A stretch of DNA of 64,000 nucleotides from Zygnema circumcarinatum SAG 698-1b (lineage: Eukaryota > Plantae > Zygnematophyceae): assembly GCA_037447605.1 (NCBI GenBank), contig CM074809.1, positions 2,718,689-2,782,688 of the forward strand, given 5' to 3'. A model generated the notes under the pieces. It was not told where the DNA came from and made no database searches. It was given only the letters and a program-made list of their open reading frames with translations. Made by a program: the position numbers and the translations under genes. Positions 56,509-64,000 of the stretch are shown piece by piece (positions within the stretch are counted from its first letter, which is position 1; every line of letters begins with the position of its first letter).

Positions 56509-58843
56509 TTACTCGAACAGATGATGCACCCACTTCTCCAGCACACCCGGGGAGCCATACCACGGTCTACTCTCATTTGCACCGAACGGTGAATGGTAGA
56601 CACCATCCACCACAACATTGGTAGCACCCTTCAAGTGAGCTGCCACTTCCGGAACGACTCCATCTCCCCAGACCTCTGATTCGCCACACACCTGTCATTT
56701 AACATCAGAGGCAGGCCGAATGAGTGACCGACTTTCCGGTTTGTGGTGTCCTATCCCTCCCCCAAAACTAGCTGACATACTCAAGGTTAGCTGACATACT
56801 CAAGGTTTTTCACGTTTGTCTCTGCCAATCAAGCTGGATCAACACCAACACTTTTCTAAGCCCACAACCGCCTTCACTTTATCAACAAGGTATAGAACAG
56901 TGTATCAGCCAGCCATACCTGCTTGTAGCCCTGTCCAACTATTCGAGCTTGCAATGTGGGTGGCATCTTATCCTCTACTTCAGTCAGAGTGACCCCTTCC
57001 ACAGCCGCCAATGCTGAGGAGGCAGGATCCAGGCTCTCAGTTGCCACCTGCCCCACACCTGTAGCAGCTACTCTGGCCGCAGGACTCCCTCTGAAAGGTG
57101 CTCCCTTGACGTACCTGCACACAGGCATGATAGACCTCAGTCTAGCCATCAAGATCATGGCAGGTATCAGGTTAATTCGCATGCCATCACACGTTCTAGA
57201 GGGTTTAGCGTGCTTGGCAGTATCATAGCTTATACGAAATGAACCTGCATACAGATGAAGAGTTAAGGTGGGCAAAACGTGAAACCTAGCAGAGGACGCC
57301 GATTACATTAACGATTCTGAGAACTATATAATACCACTTTTACGTCGGACGCTACCGAATAAGTATTGCATTTGTTACACTGCATGATTTCGAAATTAAT
57401 GACACCAATGATCCAAATCCTCGAGAAAAGAAGTTAAGGTAAAATGGTCTTGAGAGAGAGAGAGAGAGAGTATTATACCTGCCTGCGAGACACACGTACT
57501 TCACCTCGGGATGATGCGCTCCTGGACAGGTTTCATCAATGTACGTCAGCAGACCCCTCGTTTGATCCACAACTCCTGGCACTCCTCTAGGGGGGGGTCT
57601 GCACAAGTCAACCCTCCCCTACTTCACTTCCATCTTTTCGAACAAAACCTCTTTCACGATTAATACAATGCGGCACATATTCACCACTTGGGATGCAAAG
57701 GAGCTTACAGATGAGGTGTTCCTAAAGTGAGCAGCATCTCCACATTGTCCGTCCCAAACTCAGAAAGGAAGAGTCTCGCCAGCCAACCTCCTGCCGAATG
57801 TCCAACCAGAGTCACCTTTGCGCCATCTTCAAGCGCCCATCCCCACTTCCCAGTTAATCACAAAACTATGTAGACCCGACCCAAATCGCTTCCAGGCCTC
57901 ATATTATTCCCAACTCCTCGCCATGTGACAGTGAAGTGTCACTTTCGCCATCTGCAGCTCCGTTCTTGATAATTCAATTGATATGACGAGGACGTCCGGC
58001 CTTACCGGGCGCTTTGGCCTTGGCCTCCTCAATCGCTGCAGCCGTTCTGCTCAAGTACCTGCCAGCACAAAAAGCACTGCCTCAGTCTCAGCTAACGTAT
58101 CTTGTCCACTTTCTCCTAATGCAGCACAATACTCTTGGAGTTCTCGGGCTCTTGCTGTGAAGTTACTATCACCAGATGGGAAACAGTGTTGGTTGGGACT
58201 CACAAGGCCGCCTACCAGTCGAGCACCGGCCGTGGCTTCAGGTCTCCTCGCCAATACGCGCGATCCAGCAGCCCGGCAGCATTGCGAAGCCAATCAACGC
58301 GTGTCATCTGTGCAACCGCTACACTCAGGCTCCGACTCTCAAGCTCCTCCACCAAGCTCGTGTAGTCCGCAGACTTGTTTCCCAGTCCCTGCACCATGGC
58401 TTTCCTTGCATTCAACTTGACTCCTATTAAAATGTCTTTCAAATACTGACTAAGGTACCCCGGAATCACGAAATTGATTCAAACAATAACGAATTCTTCA
58501 GAAAAAACTTCTTCGCATTGATCTTGTGAGACCGAAGTTGAATTTAACCGAGCGATGCTACGAAGCCATTCATATTATCCGCGCAAAGACTCACCGGTAA
58601 GATTACCACAGGTCGGGACGGCCTTGCAAATCCGTTAGAAGTAGAAGCAGTAATAAAATTCTTCCTTATCAAGCGCCCGTTCATGACGCCCGTTTCTCCG
58701 GAAGACATCCCTACACTTCTGAGAGAAGCTCCAGGCCTTCCCGCCAACCTCCATCGGAAAGAAGGAGCCACAGAAGAAGAGCTCGCGTCGCCTAACTTCC
58801 ACGCCGCCGCAGACGGGAGGCTTCCAGCTGTGAAGGCCGCCAT
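56509..58843 (-). CDS. Plastid-targeted alpha/beta-hydrolase (PGAP1/lipase-like)
   Basis: Transit-like exon 1 ending VVILP, then GLGNKSADY, nucleophile elbow GHSAGG, TLGTPH, GDGVVP and HSP, ending WVHHLFE*. Confidence 0.88.
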
Positions 58844-59065
58844 GGCTGGAACTTGACGTCAGGAAGGCCCTCCTCCCCCTTAAGTACCTCAAGCCGGCGG
58901 ACGCCAATCGAGCAACCAGGGTCCGATTTCCCGCAACAAACTTGATTTTTTTTGTGACGTTTTTCCTACGTCATCTGACCGACACCCGCGGTTCCCAAAT
59001 TCCCAAATCATCGTCACCATATTCGCACCCGAAAATGGGGTAGAACTGCAAAAGATGGGACTACG

Positions 59066-59250
59066 CCAACGTGGCTGCCACGAGAGCAAGCGATTGGGAA
59101 ATTCTGCCACGTGGCAGTCATAGAGCTACATCGTGCCACGTGTCAGCAAGTGGCCACGTGTTCACGTGGTAGGCACGTGGCGTGCTCTTATTGGAGAGAT
59201 CTGTCTCCCTCCCGGCCGCCTGGCCTATTACAAACTGGAGTCGCACGTGC
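59066..59250. promoter_or_regulatory. Dense G-box/ABRE cluster upstream of the hydrolase gene
   Basis: ACGTG cores at ~59069, 59109, 59138, 59156, 59164, 59175 and 59245. Confidence 0.55.
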
Positions 59251-60000
59251 GGACGGCTCGAAAGAGGGGGCGATTTCATGGGCCAATTTTTTTTCAACTG
59301 GTCGAAGGTTTGCACAGGTTGAATGAGGCGGAGAATTTGACAGCCGCTGAATGGACGTTTTACAGCAGCTGCACTTGCAACCGTCCGCCGCATGTGCGAG
59401 ATTCCGTCAGCAAAGTGTGAACCACGTCAGCAAAAGTTGAAGAAGTTGAAGAGAGTTTTCCACCGCTAAAAATGGGTGCGTTTCCATGGATGAAAATCTA
59501 AAATGAAGTGACGTCCTGAGTACGTCAGCCATCGATCGATGGCCACCCGGGCGGGCGGGCTCACTCTCTCCCCCGAGGCCGAGCCTCCCCGCGGGAATGA
59601 GGGCGACCGGTACCCGCCCGGCGACAGGGGACCGCGCGCTGCCGGCCTGCAGCCCGCCCGCCCATTTGCTCGGGGGCGGGCGGGCGGCGGGCGGCCCTCG
59701 AGGGCGACCACTAACGAACGAGAGAGAGAGAGTTGCGGCGAATTGAGGACATCCACGTGGCACATTCACGGCGAGGCCTTCCACGTGTAAGAGCGTGGAC
59801 GGTCCTCGCTCCAGCCGCGGCGAGCAGACGGCAAAAAAATAGACAAAAAATAAACGTTCCTGGGAGGAAGGAATGGCTCGCTGCGGTGGCGCGCTGTCAC
59901 TGGACGCTGCTCACTGCCGGACGGCTCGTACGGCAGTTGCAGCGCGGGGGGGGGGGGGTTCGTTGGGTTTTGGTTGCCGTGGTCGGACCTGGATGCAGTT

Positions 60001-60074
60001 CGTCCGCGGAGGGTTCGAACCCCCGACCTTCCGGCGTCTATCGCCTCTTGGGCCGGTCGACTCTTCAACGGACC
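60001..60074 (-). pseudogene. tRNA-derived element (tRNA pseudogene or SINE head) lacking a D-arm
   Basis: Minus strand GGTCCGT...GCGGACG acceptor-like stem (6/7 pairs), CCGGC/GCCGG anticodon-like stem around a 16-nt loop, and a canonical T-arm GGGGG-TTCGAAC-CCTCC (B-box). No proper D-arm or A-box. Confidence 0.5.
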
Positions 60075-60777
60075 TCGGATCCTTCGTCGTCGCCGCAGGA
60101 AATTTCACATACCGAAAACGCAGTCCAGGAACCCAGATAACGCGACGCGCTGCGTAGGACAGATGTATTTCAAGCGAGATCTGTGCTGGGCAGGAATAGT
60201 GCATAGATTACTGTGATATAAGGTCTTGGGAAGCTGAGAGGATATGCTTGCAGTCTTGTAAGACTTGGCGCCGCCGTACAAAGAGGAGGACGTCGTGCTC
60301 TGTATAGGTCCTCGCATGTGATCATTCTGCAGCGATGTGCCCATACGCAGGCTAAGGAATCAATATTTCCATTCCACTGCATCAGTGCATATCTTCATTA
60401 TTTTTTCCATTGGTGTTGTTGATCCGTGGAGCATATTTTCAGGTGGCCGTCCCTCTTTCGCTGCGCCCGGCCCTCGTTCGCTGCGCCCGTCCAACTCTTA
60501 GTTCGATCCATGCTTTGTACCACGTCGACGGACAACTGCTTACCCCTTACCATCATATTGTTTAGCGTATCGCAATTCTGTGAGATGGTTTGTTGATGTG
60601 ATGTTGATCCTGATCTCCTACCATTCACCATCAGCCGAAAACTTAAATAGTAATGACTTACGAGCGTTTGAAACAAAACAAACGAGGAAGCCGCTGTGTT
60701 TTTGCACGAATCATGCTTTAAAAAAGTCGTTGCATTCGGGCATACATGACAACAGGATACAAGCAGGGAGGATGTGG

Positions 60778-60808
60778 CGTTGACCTCACGATGGCGATGA
60801 TGCCATCA
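60778..60808 (-). repeat. Dispersed hairpin motif, copy 4 (3-nt loop duplication)
   Basis: Minus strand reads TGATGGCATCATCGCCATCGTGAGGTCAACG, followed by CCACATCC as in copy 3. Confidence 0.72.
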
Positions 60809-61529
60809 AATGAACAAAACGTAGAAATGTTCAAGAACACCATGATTGTAAAGTTCTATTCAGAAGGAGCTTTTCAGCAATTGAGTATGTCGGCCTACAG
60901 TCCATGACTTAACGTGCAAAGACAGTCAAACCAATACCCGGCACATTGCTCAATCTACCCGAAAAACTCCAAATTCTTCGTCAACCTTGCATCATTCCAA
61001 TACAATCAAATGCTTTACAATGTAACCAGAGTACGGTTTAACTTATCACAAGAAAGCTTCAAGGGCAGAAATCCCTGGGCCCCTTTGACTATGCTCGAAT
61101 AAAGTACAAGCCCAAGGACATGTACTGGTGATGCACTTGTCCTTTCTGTCTCTGTAGAGGACAAGTGCACACCATTATGCCCCGAAGGCCTCAAAACCCT
61201 TCGGCTACAGGGAAAATCCTGACCACCTACTTAACCAAACTCGTTACACATGCCAACCTGAAGTCGCTCTTTGCTGACTGATGACCCTGTTGCTACCTCA
61301 AAACCTCTCGCTTTGAAGAGATGGACCACTTTGCATAGTACAACTTGCTAAAAGACAGATTACAGGCTTCATATCCTGAGGATGAAGCTGATTCAAAGTG
61401 ACATAAGGTCTACGGCAAAAGATAATGACAGCACTCGGTTGTTTAATGCTAGGAGCAACCTCAAAATAAGTTACATGAATAATACATCAGCCACATCCAA
61501 AAAGGCCGTGGCTACCACATCACATTGGC

Positions 61530-63509
61530 TTACAATACTGCACTCGTTTCCTGCAGGGGATTGTTGCTCGAAGCAGGTGTGGGCTGGATATCGGGGGTAT
61601 ATGGAGCTTGCAGCTGCACAATGCGTAGCAGCACGTCGAGAGGAAGATCACAAAGCAAGCGTCCAGTCTCTTTCGTCAACTCTGATCCCAGTCTGCCCAT
61701 CAGAACTCAACATCAATTCAAGTCTGCCGTAACACCCACTGCCTTCTAACATCTGGAGACACGTAAGGAGAATCAGCAGTTTCCATCATTCATCACAAAG
61801 AGTCCGTGATGTATGCTTCAAAAGGAGAACAAGGTGGACGCTTCACCTTTTCATAACTTCCACGCCTCGCAGGTAGCTCCAAAGACGCTTTACAGGGCTG
61901 GCCGGCCCCTTCTGCGGAACCCACATATTGAGCAATGAATGTTTAGCTTTGCCAACATAGTCAAACGCTGCATCAGCAGAGAAAGGTCATTTCTGCATGA
62001 TCGCGACTCTGCGACAAGATTCACTGACACTCTGCTCAAAAGTATTCGAAGTTTGAACGATGAAGTGGCCGGTTGAGCTTATGAATCGAGGCCAGTTTGT
62101 GAAGTCAAAACACTTTCATGTGATGTCGACATCTCACACCATGACTCATTGAAATACGGTTGGAGCTCCCTAAATGGTGGAAGTGCCGTGGCTAAGCTTC
62201 TTCCATGCACATCGCTTGCAGTGTCATCCAAAGGGACGACATAGTTCCAACCTGGACAAAGTAAGGGACTTAGCAAGTTGACGCCTACTAAGGCACTTCA
62301 TACAGACAACTCGGGCATACAAGTCGACCTCACTTGTTTATCAGTTGCATGGAGTCTCGCACGTGCCTTCTCAGAATGCGCTCTCCCATGAAACATCAGT
62401 AAAAGCCTCGTGACTTCTTGGAACATTTTCGGGAATAGTTTATGGGTCTTAGGAGACCAGAGAAGTGGAGGAGCATTAGTCACTGAGTACACAGAATTGC
62501 CTGCAGCAGGTGGAAAAAGTATCTACAAACGAGAAGAAACATCGGTCAGGAAAGCATTCTAAAATGCTACTAGGCATTGTTCTAATGAATCACTTGAAGG
62601 AAACCACTTACAAAAAATGCAGTGTTCATTCCTCAGTGTGTAAAAAAACCATAAATGAAATGGTGGAGTGGTTAGGTCAGCGTAGTACTGGGTCGGAGTT
62701 CATCCAGTTTGAGATATAACTGAAAGGTATCGAATAAAGACTTCAACGTTGAATGGCACTCGTGAAGTTCGCCACTTAAAATGAGGAGCTGAGACTACTT
62801 CAATAACTTACCGAGCATCCTCCCACCAGTCGTCTCTCCTCAGTCAAGCTGTCGATGAACAGCCACGGGTGCGTGACGTACGTCTGCACTGGCCATGACA
62901 TTGCAGGAGGAATGTCTGTGTACGGGACCTGCAGGCAAAAATTAAATCCCTCGACCGCAAATTATATATAAAAAAACAAGAAATAAAAAAGGACAGCTCT
63001 ACGTCCGCCTTCCGTATACCTCATTCGCCTCTGTTACTATCGTATTTATTTCCTTAGTTCAAACAACAAGGATGTACACTTTGCTCTGTCTTACTCCTCC
63101 GTGAAAGCGAAAACTGTGACGAGCCTGAATTTCAGAAAATACACATTGAATTCCATGAGTCAAAGCAAGAATCTAACCCGTACAAAACGATACCAGGAAA
63201 GTAAAGGTTCACGAAAATTCCACCAGGCAGGAGCGCTACCTTGTCCTATCCAGACAAGCGCAACTTCTTCACATACCAGAATTTCTGAAAATGCAGGCCA
63301 ATGCATCCTAAGCACATTGCACGCATTCCTCCCCGGAAACATCCACATCGTTCCCCCTCACTCACCCGCTTCCCGCAGTAGTCGAGCCACACCGCCTTCA
63401 CGGGCGAGAGAGTGGCGTTGTATATGGTGATGGCCACTCCCTCCTCGCTGTGCATCGAGCACACGAGCCTCCCCTCGGCGTCCCTCTCCTCCTCCTCCCT
63501 CCCCGCCAT
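61530..63509 (-). CDS. von Hippel-Lindau (VHL) beta-domain protein
   Basis: Spliced exons give ...IYNATLSPVKAVWLDYCGKR/VPYTDIPPAMSWPVQTYVTHPWLFID.../ILFPP...PPLLWSPKTHKLFP...; the last exon contains LLCDLPLDVLLRIVQL. Middle exons are less certain; alternative in-frame start at 63545. Confidence 0.8.
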
Positions 63510-63940
63510 CGCCCCGCGCCACCACCACCTCCTGCGTCGCTCCATCTCCTCGCCATGGCGCCCCCCACTGCTTCCAAGTTCCCATCTCACTGTTCCGTAC
63601 AATGTATCGCCACAACTGACACTACCTCGATACGATAGGAGATGATAACGGTACAGTATGTGTTATCAAACCGTACAGTCCTTCGCAGGGCACCTCACCT
63701 TAGGTAACAGGATTTGCAGACTTACAGGACCCCTCCAATGTACGGTTTCGTATGTACGAACAAGTCGATTGTACCGTACGGATATGAAAAGGGATAGCCG
63801 TACAGGTTTGGATTACCGTAGCGCGCTTAGCGGCTAAGTCCCAAGGCTTCCCCTTCGCTCCTCCGCCGCTAGGAGGCAGGGGAGAGAGGGCGAGGGAGGG
63901 ACGGAGGGAGGGAGGGAGGGGGAGAGTTTGCAGGGGAGCC

Positions 63941-64000
63941 ATGGCGGCCATGGCCGGAGCGAGCTCCCTGATAGGGGGATTGAAGGCTGGGCCGAATGTG
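63941..64000 (+). CDS. 5' end of an unidentified gene (transit-peptide-like MAAMAGASSLIGGLKAGPNV), truncated by the window
   Basis: GCCATGG context after a purine-rich 5' UTR, divergent from the VHL gene. Confidence 0.5.
   Translation, partial: MAAMAGASSLIGGLKAGPNV

Noticed and set aside
63590-63820. Specific CRR1-type hypoxia regulation of the VHL-like gene via GTAC
   Set aside because: Comparable GTAC clusters occur at most promoters in the window, so no gene-specific link can be claimed.

Overview
Eukaryotic, intron-rich, gene-dense nuclear DNA from a streptophyte (charophyte-alga or bryophyte grade; lineage inferred from protein resemblance and short GT-AG introns). Hand-spliced genes in order: GDT1-like Ca/Mn transporter (+), UFM1 (-), plastid LSMT-like SET methyltransferase (+), thermospermine synthase ACL5 (+), aleurain/cathepsin-H protease (-), Cullin-1 (-), MTM1-type mitochondrial carrier (+), UBP3/4 deubiquitinase (-), F-box gene (-, 3' end unclear), SMP/LEA (+), 2-phosphoglycerate-kinase-like P-loop NTPase (+), GxSxG alpha/beta-hydrolase (-), VHL beta-domain protein (-), and the start of one more gene (+). 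Mobile or repeat content: a hAT MITE with perfect 8-bp TSD, a second MITE with 23-bp TIRs, a solo LTR (5-bp TSD) nested in a transposase remnant, several satellites, an ~880-bp (GA)n tract and one N gap. Most notable: (1) a 28-bp hairpin-containing motif found 618-722 bp downstream of the stop codon at four head-to-tail gene junctions, always in the same orientation; (2) a VHL-like protein retaining the hydroxyproline-pocket residues plus a C-terminal F-box-like helix; (3) dense CCGTAC/GTACGG clusters at promoters. All family assignments are from recalled motifs; no database search was run.
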